A stretch of DNA of 64,000 nt, from the NCBI RefSeq assembly GCF_009914755.1, contig NC_060940.1, one strand, 5' to 3'. Under the pieces are notes generated by a model. The model saw only the letters and a list, made by a program, of their open reading frames with translations. It did no database searches and was not told the origin of the DNA. Positions within the stretch are counted from its first letter, which is position 1. Each line of letters begins with the position of its first letter. Positions 11,364 to 26,689 of the stretch are shown one piece after another. The stretch comes from the human T2T-CHM13v2.0 reference genome, Homo sapiens. The position numbers were made by a program, and so were the translations under genes.

Positions 11364-12865
11364 TGTAGGAGATGAGGTGTCTGGAGCTCCATGGGCACAC
11401 CTTGGTTGTTCCTGCTTCCATGCCTGGTGAGTCAGTGCCATGGAATGAAGGGACTGTGATCAGTGGGGTGCAGAGTGGACTCTTCTGTCTATTGACTATC
11501 AGGGACTCCCAAAAGGGTGGGAGAAAGGGTGACACAGTTACCCCAGTTATCCTGAAGGCCAAACAATCAGTTTCCCTTCTCACTGGGTCCACTGCTGGTC
11601 TAGGCTGGTCCAGGCCGTGATAAGGCCCAGGGAGGGGCTCTCACTCACCATTTCTCCTCCTTAAGGACATTTAGAAAATGTGAAGACTGGAGCCCCAAGG
11701 CATGAGGAAAACAGTACTCTTCTCTACCCCCAAAGACCTCTTTCATGTCCACCTCCACTCTGTATTTTTAACTGCAAACCAGCCAACTGTGTGCACTTGG
11801 TGACCATCAGCATTTCCTCCTCCCAGTCCCTCTCAGGGACATCATCTTCTGATTGTCATTTCATTCAGGAAGGGCACAAAGTTACTGCCGGCACCATCAG
11901 CACAGCATGCCAGCCCGGTTCCTTGCAGCCTGGAGGTAGCACTGTAATTTAATTAAATGTCAACCCCCAGGTATTATATTTCAAATGCAAATAACTTTGG
12001 TAATGTAATATTGTGGCTGAGACTTTAAACTCAAGGAAATCAAGAAAATCAAGTTATGGTAGCTCCTAGAATTAGCATTCCTCTACACACTCCTTGGGCA
12101 CTGGGCTTGCTTTGTGTCATTAACTACCATCAAAAACATGCCAAAAAGTGACTGAGCAGATACGAGGCAGGCTGGGGAAGGCTGGCTCCCTAAAGGTTGA
12201 AATCTTTTCTGTTAAAAAGAACATCCTTTAAATTTCACTTAAGTCCTTAAGTGGGGACTGTTGGTCAGGGCTATATATGGCAGGCAGGTGAGTTTTCCTC
12301 TAGCCCAGATCCGTCATTGGCTAATTGTTCCACATCTCTCTTTGGCCCTTTGCTTCTCAAATCATAAGAAAAAGAAAAAAAATGCCACTTATTTCCTTCA
12401 GCAAGACATCATCCATAATAGGATGGTATTCATTTTACCATGCTTTGAATGCCCTACAAAAAAGCAAAATACAAATACAAAATACTTTGAAAGTTACTTC
12501 ATCTTAAAGACTAAACAACACATTGCTGTTGCTCTTCTCTTGGGGTTCAGAACCTGAGATGATACTCAATAGGCAAAGACCTGCCAAGCCCCAGATTCTC
12601 GAGTCCATGGTAAATGTGTGAAGAAAGCAGTACCCCTGCCTTCCATCAGGGGCTTCTCATTATGGAATGCAAGAGAGTTGAAAAGTCAAATAATTGGGAA
12701 GAAAGAAGCCTTCACTTGAGGGACACCCTGAGGTTACCTCCTCATATACCCAACTGATTATGAGATGGCCAAAGTATCTATATGAATAGACTTTCCACAT
12801 TTTTTAAGTGAGAAATTAAAAGAGGTTTACACTGTACTGGTTACCTGAATCAGCAAAAATGGGCC

Positions 12866-13041
12866 TTTTTTTTTTTTTTTTTTTTGAGACGGAGTCTCAC
12901 TCTGTTGCCCAGGCTGGAGTGCAGTGACATGATCTTGGCTCACTGCAACCTCTGCCTCCCAGGTTCAATCAATTCTCTGCCTCAGCCTCCTGAGTAGGTG
13001 GGATTACAGGCGCCTGCCACGACGCCCAGCTAATTTTTGTA
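12866..13041 (-). mobile_element. 5'-truncated AluS (right monomer)
   Basis: poly-T plus right arm; aaaaatgggcc repeated at both flanks. Confidence 0.9.
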
Positions 13042-13519
13042 AAAAATGGGCCACCTTTTATAATAAAATGGTTTATCTAGAAAGTGACTACATATGGAAA
13101 TACAAGCTTTAAAGAAAACAGCCACTTCACAAGTCAAGTTGGGATAAAAATGGACAGCAAGTGCCAATTAGGGAAATGCTAAGACGTGAAGTCTCTTGAG
13201 TCTCTGAATCCTCAAGTTCATGCTCTACCTAAAGCCACTTCTCCATGCTCCAGAAGCAGGTCTACAGTTTCTCTCACAAACAGTCTCCATAGTTTCCTCC
13301 CTCCCATGCTGCACGTGTGCTTAAGACATGGGTGGAAGAGGTGGAAGAAATTGTCCGGGTGTTTTCTCTATTGTACTTCAGCCAACTCCAAGCAGCTCTG
13401 GGCAGCCAGGAAGCTTTGGAATCTCTTTCAACAGCCTTGGACTCTCCAGTTAGCCCCACAGAAGCTTGACCGCTGAGCCTCATCAAGTAGGAGACAAAAT
13501 GCCATCATTTCCAGACTAC

Positions 13520-13970
13520 CCACATTTGTTTACTTATCTCCACTTCTTTTATATCCTTTTTTATTCTTAAGAAAGTTTCACAGCTGCTTCACAATTACAC
13601 AAACAACATAAATTGGAAACTAGGAGGGAGAGGAAAGAAAGACAAACATAAGGGGTATAAAATGGATCCAGAAATGGTTGAATGCAAAACAGAATGTAGT
13701 CTTACACATTTGTTTGAAGGGACCACTGATTTTATTCTAAGTCTTTCTAGCAACAAAGCCAAAAAGAGAAACCTTAATCATTTACAAAGTCCCCAGTATT
13801 CACACCATAAGAATAAACCAGAAGTCCAGCTATTGCTCCTAGTGACATTAAGCAGAAATTTCTTCTGGAGATCCACATTTCAAGGGTGCATATCATCAAT
13901 ACAGTGGTCATCAACTCATAACCACCTCAAATTTCCAAAGCATAAACCTACAATGACATTTCCTCATTGA
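13520..13970 (-). mobile_element. Probable L4 (RTE-X) ancient LINE fragment
   Basis: ttctaagtctttctagcaacaaagccaaaaagagaaac resembles the L4 3' region; recalled from memory. Confidence 0.35.
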
Positions 13971-14829
13971 AATATTTGAAGAAAGCTATTTATACTTTTC
14001 TAAGACCATCTTTACACTGAAGTTACAGCCGTTTTTGAACATGTCTCTGAACACAAACACATTACTTTCTATCATGCCTTTGTCTAGTTCACCCATTTTA
14101 AACACCTACAAAAATAGTGTCTTCATAGGAATACCTCTAAAAGGATAGAGAGCCTGCAAGTTACTTACAAAATGTGTTTGAAGAGGGTGTGTGGGTATTA
14201 ATAGATTGGCTATTGTTTCCATAGTTTCCACTAGATTCTCATAAGTGTTGACCATCCAAAATGGCCAAGACTTCTTCCACCACCAGCAGCATTTAGAAGA
14301 TAACTGGATGGGTGCTGGTCTTCTATTAATATTAGTCCAGGGCAAATATTCCAAATTGCATCATTTTGATCCTTTAGTGACACATAAAAATTACAAAGAC
14401 TTCTTGGAGGGGTGAGGGTAGATATGGTCAACCTGGTTCATATCCATTTAGAATGTGAGTTCTAGGGAATATATGTATATAACAGCACCTTATCAAAATT
14501 TGGGTTTAAGCATACAGAGCAAGTAACCACTGCAAAAAGATTGTGGTCACCATTATTTGGGAAGAATCAGGGTTCCCCTTTTTTCTACAGAGCTAGGAAT
14601 TAGTTCATGGGTGGTCTCATCACCCAGTGTGAGACTGCAACTTGTTGCCTAGGGTATACACCTTTCCATGAGAATTCATGATCTAATGTGACCAACAGAA
14701 ACTCCAAATGCACTTTCAATAAGGAAACTGGCAGGTTTATTTCTAATTACAAATGGAAAAAGTTGTCATTATTTATGTCATCATCAAATTTTTTTTAAAC
14801 TACAATAATGTAGGAGGTAGGAAATGAGA

Positions 14830-15450
14830 GTCCTTTATAATTTCATCCTTCAGAGATAACCAGAGGTTATTCAGTGCAGTTATTCATACAGACTTGTTTC
14901 CACACATAAAGTGAGAGTGTGTAATTTTCATTTACTGAATTTTTATATAAATGGGATCATATTCTACAAATTGAACTACAACTTGCTTTTTTTCTACTTA
15001 ATGATATAATTCAGGTTGGTTCTTATAAACAGATAGCTTTGCTACTCTTGCTTGCAAATACGACCAACTGTGTACCAGCCAGGCAATCTGCTTCACTCTT
15101 TGATCATTTCACAGCATTCTACAGCACAGACAGACATTCCACAGTTGATTTCATCAAATTCCCACTTTGGGATGTGTGTAAATATCTGACTGTCTTTGTC
15201 ATCGCAAATTACAATACACAATACTTATACATATATTTGAACGCTTATGGAAGCATTTCTGTTTGGTCAAAGGATATGAGCATTTTCATGTAATAGCTAT
15301 TTCCAAATTTTCCTAAAAGTCAAAAGGCTCTAACAATATATGCTACCAGATAAGAATTTAAGAGAATGCCTATTTCTCTGTCCTCTAGACAATGCTGACA
15401 ATTACCTATACTTTAAATATATGGAAGTATGACAGCTAAAAATTTATATC
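14830..15450 (-). mobile_element. Old L1M (ME/MC-like) 3' fragment
   Basis: aaatgggatcatatt..aacttgctttttt..ggtcaaaggatatgagcatttt..ccaaatt. Confidence 0.55.
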
Positions 15451-15686
15451 TAAGTTCTTATTAGAAAATGCATACATACACAGGTAACTCCTATATATAT
15501 ATATACAAGAAAAAGAGGTACCGTATTTGTTATCAGAATGACTATAAATCCTTGCTGTGAACCAAATTCTTGTTAATCCAGTGGAATATTACACTTACCA
15601 TTGGTATTCCACGCTGTCACCTGGAAAGAAATGATGGACAGAGCCCTCAGAAGCTTATGGAAGCACTGCAAACAGCTGCAGACACA

Positions 15687-15701
15687 ACTCTAGGGGGCGC
15701 C
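15687..15701 (+). promoter_or_regulatory. Possible CTCF core site
   Basis: actctagggggcgcc, 12/14 match to CCACTAGGGGGCGC. Confidence 0.3.
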
Positions 15702-15849
15702 ATGCATCTAGACCAAAATCTATGTGAATGTGAATACAGCCTGGACAACTCTACTGGGTGACCCCATGAAAAGCTGAGTCATTAAGGATCCAGAATGACA
15801 TCCTCTCTACATAACAGTCTTCATGCTCAAAATTAAAACTCTCCCTCTT

Positions 15850-16300
15850 TTAATTCCGCAAACCGACCCCCGCCACAGATCCAACAAATCAGACCACATT
15901 GCATGTGATGCCAACTCAGCAAAAAGTTGGGCAAATTAATCCTTGTAAGACACTATTCATTAGTATCTAAAAGATCTTTGTCCCATTTGTTCACCCAAAG
16001 GGCATAACATTAAAATGGCATGATCTCTCGTGACGTACAAAAGTAGTTATTAATTTACGCTCATTATCTAAAGATGTTTGCCAGTAGCCTTTGGATATGT
16101 CTCTGGTGTGCACAGATGGTGCTTGACAGAGACAATCCAGGGACTTGTCAATGACTACAGGTGACACCATTTAATCGGAACAACTCATCTAGAGATGGAG
16201 TTTACTCGGGGCTTCAGATGCAATTATTCAGCTGGCCAAACTGACAGGCTAGAAGTGGAGCTTTCAATTATCTATTTCAGTAAACATTTTCTCCTGCCTC
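15850..16300. promoter_or_regulatory. Candidate conserved non-coding element
   Basis: repeat-free, retained CpGs, TAAT cores, TGACGT, E-boxes, TGACAG/TGTCA. Confidence 0.3.
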
Positions 16301-17249
16301 ACCCTGGTATTTCTGAAATTCTCTCCTTCAGGCCAGATCACATGCAAGGTCTAGACAGGTATAACAGTGTGATGTCTTGCATAAGAGTGACTACTAACCA
16401 GGGAACAGGCACAGATTTATTTTCCTCATTCTACTTTATTATGCATATCTGGTTGGCATCTTTGCTGCCCCTCTTTTTGGAGCCTCTGCTGGAGCTCTGC
16501 ATAGTCTGGATGACTTCCGTGTCTCATTACCACCTTTATTCACAAAGCAAAACCCATTTGATTCAAGACCAGTCGATATTTCTGACAGCTTTTGCATTCT
16601 GAATATTACTATTTCTCCCTCTTTAAAAATTTCCTCGTGTTATTTCATCTTCGTGACAGAATATTTGATACTGACCCATGAAATAGTGCAGCAGGAACCC
16701 AATTTTTCAAGAACTGCCCCAAACGAGATTGGATTAAATCTTGCAATTAGCCCACAATTTGCATCTCACAACAGGAAATTCATTGTTGCAACCACAACTT
16801 CAGTGGACTTGGTAGAATAAGCTATTGTGGAAGTAATTCCTGTAAAAGGTCATATATTTAAACCCTTCAATTTTTTTTGACAACCTCTCAGAAATGAGTG
16901 ATACAGTTGCTGCAGTGTCCAAAAAAGCAATAATGTCCATACCACTTTTCTTTATAGGAAGGGTGGAATATTATTACCCCATTCATCACAGACTTTTCTG
17001 GTTATAAAATATGTTTCTTGATATTTGAGAGACCTTTTTCCTTCACTGTCTTGAAAAAGCTGAAGGTCTCTTGTGCTGGGTGTCAGCCTAGTAGTTGTTT
17101 CATAATATGTTGACTTCTTCAGTGTCTCCTGAACAATGGTGACATTTAGCAATTTCCACTGAATTCCATCTCCTTAAGAGCAGAGGACAAGGAGGCTAGT
17201 TTAAGATTACCTTTTCTTTTCAATCAAGAGTCACTCATGGTCCTACAAG

Positions 17250-17465
17250 GAGCAGGGCATAGACTCCTGGGTCAGACACAAAGGCCCTCATGGGTCAGGA
17301 ACTAAAGTATATATGCACAGAAATAACAGAAGATAATAGGGAGAGGTGAAGTCCAGTGCAGTAGACTATGAAAATCTCCCTTGAAGGCATTAAAATTCAA
17401 CTTTACAAAATAGTGCTGTTCAAACCAAATGCGTGTATAGCCAGATTTAGCCTTCCACCTGTCAT
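17250..17465 (+). mobile_element. MER45-like hAT-Tip100 fragment
   Basis: ttgaaggcattaaaattcaac..aaaccaaatgcgtgtatagccagatttagcc. Confidence 0.4.
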
Positions 17466-18942
17466 TTTGAGACAATGGATTAAGTGACTTTTGAAAACCT
17501 TTCTTTTTACCATGAACATGCCCTATGGATCCCATAGTTTTCAAAGCATGATCTACTTTCCTGTCTAAATTACTGTCTTCCTGCCAACTCTGACCCATTG
17601 GTGTTGGTGTAACTCAAGTTATCGATACCCTCTGATTATGTCTCTGGTGTCCTGACAATTCAGGCTTGGCCTAAGAGTGTGGCAGTTGGATTAGTCTTCT
17701 CTTCCTCTTAGGTTACCCAGATCCAAACCAAAAATTTAGTTGAAATGTGTTTATGGCCATGTTCCTTATTTTCATTTACCCTTTTGGCACAGGACTCTCA
17801 TACTTTCTGAATGAATGTTACTTGTGGAAATCAGGAGTCCACCCCTGCCAACCTATTCGATTTCAAATTCCCTCTATTTATTTTTTTATTTTTTTATTTT
17901 TTTAAGTACAGGTGGGAGAAAGAAAGGGAGGGAAGGAAATGGGAGGGGAATGGGTGGGAAGAGAGACAGGGAGAGCCCAAATCAAGCATATCATTTGATT
18001 ATTGCATCAATCCTGCCGCTGTTGCTCCACAGTCTAATAAACTTCAGTGGCCTGGAGTCACTCAGCTGAGCACTATGTTACTCTTACCATTATCTAGGGG
18101 AGGATTTGTCAGATTCATAAATTGTTCTATCACTGAACAGGGAAAAGCGAGGAGAAGGAAAAAGAAACTTCAGGGTTCCTTTGTCTCTTATTTACGATTT
18201 TTATTATAAATCTCTTTCTTATATACGGAACAAAAGAAGGCTTGATAGCACTTAGTTTTAAACCACTCCCAGGTATGAAATAGAAATACAGCACCTTCAT
18301 AGTCTCTTGACAGAATACTTAATACAGAGTCATCTTCCAGGGCCAACAATTAGAAAAGTCCCTCTGGGGAGTCCAGGGGCTTATTTTCAGCCCCCTTGGG
18401 ACTTCTGTCCTGTGACGAGTGGGAGTTCAGAGATGAGACGATTTCCTGTATGGAGGACCAATTTTCTTAAAATATCAAAACAATGGAGCTGACAGCCATT
18501 TAGATAATGGCATGATTCTGTTTGGGCTTCCCCAACATCAAGATTAAATTAACCAAATTATCCAGCAGTCTGAATCATTCCTTAAGTAAGATAACAAATG
18601 CCCTGAAATTATCATTTATATGAAAACAAAACAGACCAAAATCTCCCATATATTTAATTACCCAGAGTCTAAACTTTCCTACTATTAAGAGACTAGCCTT
18701 CTTTTTTCCTTATTGCCAAAGTACACACTTTTCCTAATAAGGACTGTGTTTTAGATTATCAACATTCCATGCATTCTAAAGTTGAATTTAAATTTTTTAT
18801 CAATCTTTTTTAAAAATAACAAAAATAGTAGAACTAATAGAAAACAAATGGAGCACCTTTGTTTCACAAATGAGTTTGTCCAAGTAGATCTGCTCTGCTA
18901 CTGGTAGTGTCCCACAGTAGAAGCAGCTCATATATCTTACAG

Positions 18943-19237
18943 GGGTGAGTGCAAGGGCTCACACTTGTAATCCCAACACTTTGGGAGGTTTAAGTAAGAG
19001 AATCACTTGAGGCCAGGAGTTCAAGACCAGCCTGGACAACACAGGGTCTCTATTAAAAATATAATAAAAATTAGCCAGACATGATGGCTCATGCCTGTAG
19101 TCCCAACCACTTAGAAGGCTAAGTTGGGAGGATTGCTTGAGCCTGGGAGGTTGAAGCTGTAGTGACCATGATTGTACCACTGCACTTAAGCCTAGGTGAC
19201 AGAGTAAGACTCTATCTCCAAAAAAGAAAAGAAAAAA
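18943..19237 (+). mobile_element. AluJ
   Basis: diverged full Alu with ttgaggccaggagttcaagaccagcctgg and gattgcttgagcctgggagg. Confidence 0.9.
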
Positions 19238-19289
19238 TTCTTTAGATCTTTGCTTAAAGAACTGCCTACCCAGAAACATTTGCATCTGT

Positions 19290-19390
19290 CTCTGAGTGAG
19301 CAAGAAATAAATCTTACTTGGTTAAGTCACTACAATTTCCAAGATTTGTTTGTTTCTGCAGCAGAACCTAGCATACCCTGACTAATATAC
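19290..19390 (+). mobile_element. MLT1 LTR 3' end
   Basis: gagcaagaaataaatct..ttaagtcact..gcagcagaacctagcataccctgactaatata. Confidence 0.55.
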
Positions 19391-19391
19391 T

Positions 19392-21365
<1,974 letters not shown>

Positions 21366-22244
21366 TATTTTTTTGTTATTATGAAGTATTTAAAAAACCC
21401 CAAAAGAGATACAGAATAACACAACAAAGACCAACCAGTGAGAAAATAAAGCACCAGGTAACCCTTCCTAACACTATACTACGTATAACTGTGTTGGAGT
21501 GTCCCAGGGAAGAGAAAAGGCAGGACACCAATGCCACGTGCACTGGAATGCATCACAAACTGCAATGTTTGACTTTTCATGCAGTGGATAAATGCAAAAT
21601 GTGAGGAGCTGAAAGCATGAATACAAGGTTTGATTTAGAAGATGTCAAAGCTCCCTACTTGAAGGGCAGCCTTGGATGGCCCTGAACTGTACCCTACGTG
21701 AAAGAAGACTGGATTACTCAAAGAACATTATGATGTACATAAAACCAGTGGTAAGTAACTGTCTCCTTGGCCTCCCAAACCATACTTACTAGCCTCAGAG
21801 CAGTAAACAGGCTAGTGCCTGAGTGTCCTATGTATCTACTCACCTGGCCACCCAACTACCCATCCATTCACCCATCCATCCAATGGCTAACAATCTATAC
21901 TCTCCTGTGGAGAGTCAAGGGATGCACCTTACCTCTGAGATGGAACTGGAGAGAAAGGAACTCAATAGGGAGAAAGAAACCAAGGCTGACAGCTTCCCCT
22001 AGGTTTGGTAAGTTGCATTTGCAGAGTCCTTCCATAAAGGGAAGGCTGGATGGATCTTTTTGTATCGTCCCAGGAAGAAAAAAACAGATCCTAAACCAAG
22101 CTCAGCAATGAGTGGAAATTGACAGAGTTGTGAGAAGCGGGTCTGGAGTGTACGATCTGCAAAGACACTGCTTTACTCTACCAACTTTATTAAGAATCAA
22201 GAAAGAGAGGGGAAGATCTTATTACTATTATCATGATAATCGCA

Positions 22245-22790
22245 TTTGCAGATGACACTAAATTGGGAGGTGTTCCTAACAGCAGTGGAAGACTGGCACA
22301 CAATACCACGCTATGTGTGGATCTTAGTAACAGATGTCAAAAATAACACAATCAGGCACTGGTTGAAAAAATGCAGATGATCTATCTGGGGATGAATAAA
22401 CTTTAAGAGGGAATTTAACTTGAAGGGGATTCCTGGATGGGAGTAATCAAGAAAACAACAAAATAGTGAGCTAGTGGAAAAAAGCCATGAGGAGGTAAGG
22501 CGAGCACTGCAGCTCAGCAATTCTCTGAGCTAGTAAAATTTTCAGCCACACACACAGGGGCATCCCAAACCATGGCTAAGAGAGTCTGTCTCTGTGTCAG
22601 CAATGAGACCAGACTCGGAACATTGCAGGCAATTAGGGGTAATATGATGCCTTGATGGAAATTTAGAAAAGAAAAGAAAAACAAATCAAAGGGAGTGAAA
22701 TATGAGGAAAAGCACAGGCGATAAAATGAACATAATTTGACTAAATAACAACCTAAGGGACTATGATAACCATCTACTGAGCATAAAAAT
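22245..22790 (+). mobile_element. L3/CR1 LINE RT fragment
   Basis: tttgcagatgacactaaattgggaggt = FADDTKLGG, the CR1 RT catalytic motif. Confidence 0.65.
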
Positions 22791-23339
22791 CCAAAATGGG
22801 GCCTAGAGGTCTACTGGCCTGGGCATTTTTCTGAGAAATATCTAGAGTTGTATCCATTAGAAAACTCAATAGAAAGGCAGTATTTTGCATCCATTTAATT
22901 GAAGTGTGGTGACTCTGTTGTGGGGAATAAACAGACCTGGTTTCCCAGAAACTATGTATGTCTCAAAACTATTTTTCAAAAGATACGGACTGAGGACCTC
23001 TGGGAAGAACCCAGGACCTACTGCAAGAAGTCCTTGAATCCATGGGCACAAAGTCACTCACTTGTGCATTTGACAAATGTTTATTCAACAAGTACTCAGT
23101 GCCCATACTCTATTTGGCACTGAGTACAATGTTTTGAATAAATAATATAGAAACATATAGTCATAAACTAAATTAGGGAGCCATGAGTAGAAAAAACACA
23201 GTATACCAGAAAAGTATTACAGGGTTTTAAGAAACCGTGTCATCATCCATTCTAGTTTTTAAAAATATGCATGTATATTCTCGATCATTGGACAACATTG
23301 TACCTGGAAAGATCACAAACGAATGTCTAATCATGTACA

Positions 23340-23430
23340 TGGTTATATGTGTATATGTGTTTATGTGTGTGTGTGTATATATGTTTATGTACATACATAT
23401 GTTTAAATGCATGTTTCTGCATGTATATAT
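23340..23430. repeat. (TG/TA)n low-complexity tract
   Basis: degenerate purine-pyrimidine alternation. Confidence 0.8.
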
Positions 23431-23559
23431 TTTTAAGTAACATTTTTTAAATAAAAATAAAATGATTTTATTAATACAAATGCATAGTTTTATAGGCCTA
23501 TCTTCTCATTGTTCAGAAATTAGAAGTTAGGGGTCCTGAGAGAATCATAAAGTAGGAGC

Positions 23560-24140
23560 TATTTTCTGAGAGCTCTATCTTCCTGCTTCCACAACCTCAA
23601 CTCCAAATGCACCCATCTAGCTTTGGACACTTCCTCAGATCCAGCCTCCCTTGTATCAGAGATGCCTGTTGACTGCATTCCTATAGTCACTACCTGATAA
23701 TTTACAGCAATTGGATCTGAGGCAGGAACTTATCTGGGGAAAGAATCTACAGCCTGGTCTTATGAGAAAAGAAGCCAGGTCAATCGGGTTATTCTCTTGG
23801 GGATTTGGAACAGGGATTCTGAGAAACTAGGGTGGCTAAGACAAGGGGAACAATGTTAAAACTCCAGGGCACAGGCCTGGCCATAAGATCTATAAGCAGA
23901 GAAAGAGAGAAAGGAGGATGGAGCTGTGGTCCAGAGAGAAACAAAGATGAGCTGATCCATGGTGCCATTTATACGTAGGAGAGTAACTCCCAGCTTTCAG
24001 CTTCCAATTCCAGTTTTCCCAAGGCCCAGGTAAATGTCTTGAGCTTGGATTCCATGTGCGTCTCTGTGGTCTATAACGACCTCCTTTTGATTTCAGCTAG
24101 TTTGAGAGGGTGTCAGCTCCTCACTCAAAATCCTTTGACT
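23560..24140 (+). mobile_element. Old MLT1 (K/L-like) LTR
   Basis: ttccagttttcccaaggcccag..agctagtttgagagggtgtc..aatcctttgact. Confidence 0.45.
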
Positions 24141-24149
24141 GGGAGATCT

Positions 24150-24640
24150 ATTTACTGTCCCAGTCTTTTGGCTGAAACCCAACTAGGATTATCTGAGGAA
24201 ATAAAAATGCATGAAAACGCACTGGCTCACACAATCACAAATTCCAGAGTTTCCTTCAGACATGGCTGCACTGAGGCATGTTTTAAAAATGGCACCCATA
24301 CTCTGTCTCTGTTTACTCTCTTTTCCTCTCTTTCTCCCTGTGTTGGTTTTCTTCTCAGATGGCCTCTCTCTTCCTGGTCCCCAACAGCTCCATGTTTCAT
24401 CTTTTGGCAGCTATCAATCCCAGCAGGAAAACACTCCCAGAGCTGAGTCTCCTTGGCCAACTCCTGAACAAAACCGCCTGGCTGGCCACACTTGGGTCAG
24501 TCTATCCATGAAGCTGGGGGAAGAATCAGCCCTAACAAAACCATGTCGACTAGTGAGTGTGTTTCCTGCACAAAGATCCAAGGGATACCAGGACAAGGGG
24601 AAATGAATACCAGGAGGGCAAAAGTAACCAATATCCGACA
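24150..24640 (-). mobile_element. Old MLT1 (K-like) LTR, opposite orientation
   Basis: gaaacccaact..ctggctcaca..ccttcagacatggctg..gcaaaagtaaccaatatccgaca. Confidence 0.45.
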
Positions 24641-24761
24641 TCATCTCCCAGTACTCCCTAGTATGGACACTCTTTCAGAAGGTATGTCTCCTCACATCCT
24701 CCTGCAGTGCCAGATAACATTTGCAGGTACCTCCAATAAAACCAGGTACCATTTGCAGGTA

Positions 24762-25813
24762 CAGCGGATCCTCATTATCTGAGAATTTGCATACTTGCTA
24801 CAATATATTTGTAACTCCATACTCAATACTTAAGGCACTTTCATGGGTCATTTGTGGACCTGTGCATTTTTGTGTGTATTGTTGGTGATCTTGCTGCTTA
24901 AAATGACCCCTAAGTGCAGTGCTGAAGTGTGGGTTAGCGTTCCTAAGCACAAGAAGGCTGTGATGTGCCTTAAGACATGTGTTCCATAAGCTACATTCAG
25001 GCATGAGTTACAGTGCTATTGGCTGTGAGTTTGAGGTAGAAGGCTGGCAAGACTTGTGTTCCGGTCGTAACTCTGCTGACCAAAACAGGATCTGGCCCAG
25101 ACAGGATAAAGTGAAGAAACCAGAGGAAACCAGCAAAGGGTGACCAAAGCAATCCCTAGCTGCCCTCATTGCTCACTTGCATGAGACACTCCCACTAGTG
25201 CAGTGACAGTCCACATATACCGTGGCAGCAATCCAGAAGTGACCACCCCTTTGCCACGGCGATTACCCAGAATTTACTTCTCCTTTCCTAGAAGGTCCTA
25301 AATAACCCTTCCCTCAATTTACTTTAACCCACTCCTTAATTTTCATGTAATTAAAAGTGGGTTTAAGTGGGTATAAATACAGTTGCCAACAGCCCATAAG
25401 GTGCTGGCTCTGGGAACACTGCCTGTGTATTAGCCCTGCTCAGCAAGGTAGCAGTACCATTCAATGAAAGATTGCTGTCTGACACCACCAGCTCACCCTC
25501 AAATGCTTTGCTGGGCAAAGACAAACCCCCACTGCCACTGGGCTAAGCCCCAATTTTAGGGATCGCCTGTCCTGCATCAAGTTCAATGCTAATTAATCAA
25601 CAATATACTTTCAATAAGGTGTTTTTTTTTTAAGAGAAAAACTCACAAAACAAGGTTACATATTGATAGGCTGACAAAATATTATGACCAGAGATGGACA
25701 GGAATCTCTAACCCTGTAATTCCCCTAGAAGAAATAATGCAGTATCTACTAATTCAGTGTTTGTTGTGTCTTTATAGACTATAACTGCTGCAAATAGTAA
25801 TGAGAAAAATAGT
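24762..25813 (+). mobile_element. Tigger4 (Zombi)-type element split by MER41
   Basis: ta|cagcggatcctcattat..gttcctaagcacaagaaggctgtgatgtgcctta..gtgagtt / caatgctaat..ataactgctgcaaata. Confidence 0.75.
25032..25579 (+). mobile_element. MER41-family solo LTR (C/D/E-like)
   Basis: TG..CA ends, 4-bp TSD agtt, cattgctcacttgcatgagacactcccac, TATA gtataaata, end ctaagccccaattttagggatcgcctgtcctgcatca. Confidence 0.8.
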
Positions 25814-25818
25814 AAGAA

Positions 25819-25822
<4 letters not shown>

Positions 25823-25855
<33 letters not shown>
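25823..25855. repeat. (TG)16 microsatellite
   Basis: perfect TG run. Confidence 0.95.
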
Positions 25856-25860
<5 letters not shown>

Positions 25861-26689
25861 CTGATTCAATTTTATACTTTCTTGGACTGCCTCCCAAATG
25901 TCTTGTGTATTTTGTCTTTCCATCCACACTGCAAACTCCTCTGGAATTCATACCATGTTGGCAGACAGCTAGGAACACAGTAGGTTCTCCCAAACTTACT
26001 GACTCATGAATATATTGGTCAGTTACAGAACTCACATCAACCGAGCTACAAGTATTTCTACTCAAAAAACGTCCGCAGCCTGATCTACTATCTTACTGCT
26101 TTTAGTCTTTCCCCTCTGGGTGTGTTGTAGACCTATCCAAATATGGTCTCAATTCAAAACTATTTTTCATTTTAAAGGCAAAGGAGGGTGACACAGGCTA
26201 GAGAATTCTGTACTGAAACCCAGTTCTTGACTCCGGGAAGAGAGAGGTTTGTACGTTTTACATCTCAGTGGCCACAGACCACTAGTGCTGAGCAGGTACC
26301 TCTCTGGTACCCCCGAGAATCATGGCATACACCAGCATCTTTGGTTTTCCACCGTCCTTGGGCCGACCTTGCAGCCCCAGCTGCCACATGCTCTCCTCTG
26401 CACCAGAATATTGTTTGTAGTAAGACAGAGGTATCCTAGTAAACAAACAAATGTTTCCTACATCCCACTCTGGGTGCTCACAAGAGGCTACTTTGTTTTT
26501 CAGACCTTTACTTCCGACTAGCCTTGGATTTATGAATCTGAATTGAGACAGGCTTTTCTACACATTATTTGTTTCAGTTGAGGGAAGACACGAACTTTAC
26601 ATGAAGAAAAAAAAAGGAGAGATTAATGACAGAGGGTTTTTTAAAATGACACAATATATATAAAAGAAGGTTCACTCAGGGTCTTTCTG

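Noticed and set aside
12285-12293. Perfect splice donor CAG|GTGAGT
   Set aside because: No convincing upstream acceptor or coding frame; expected by chance at this scale.
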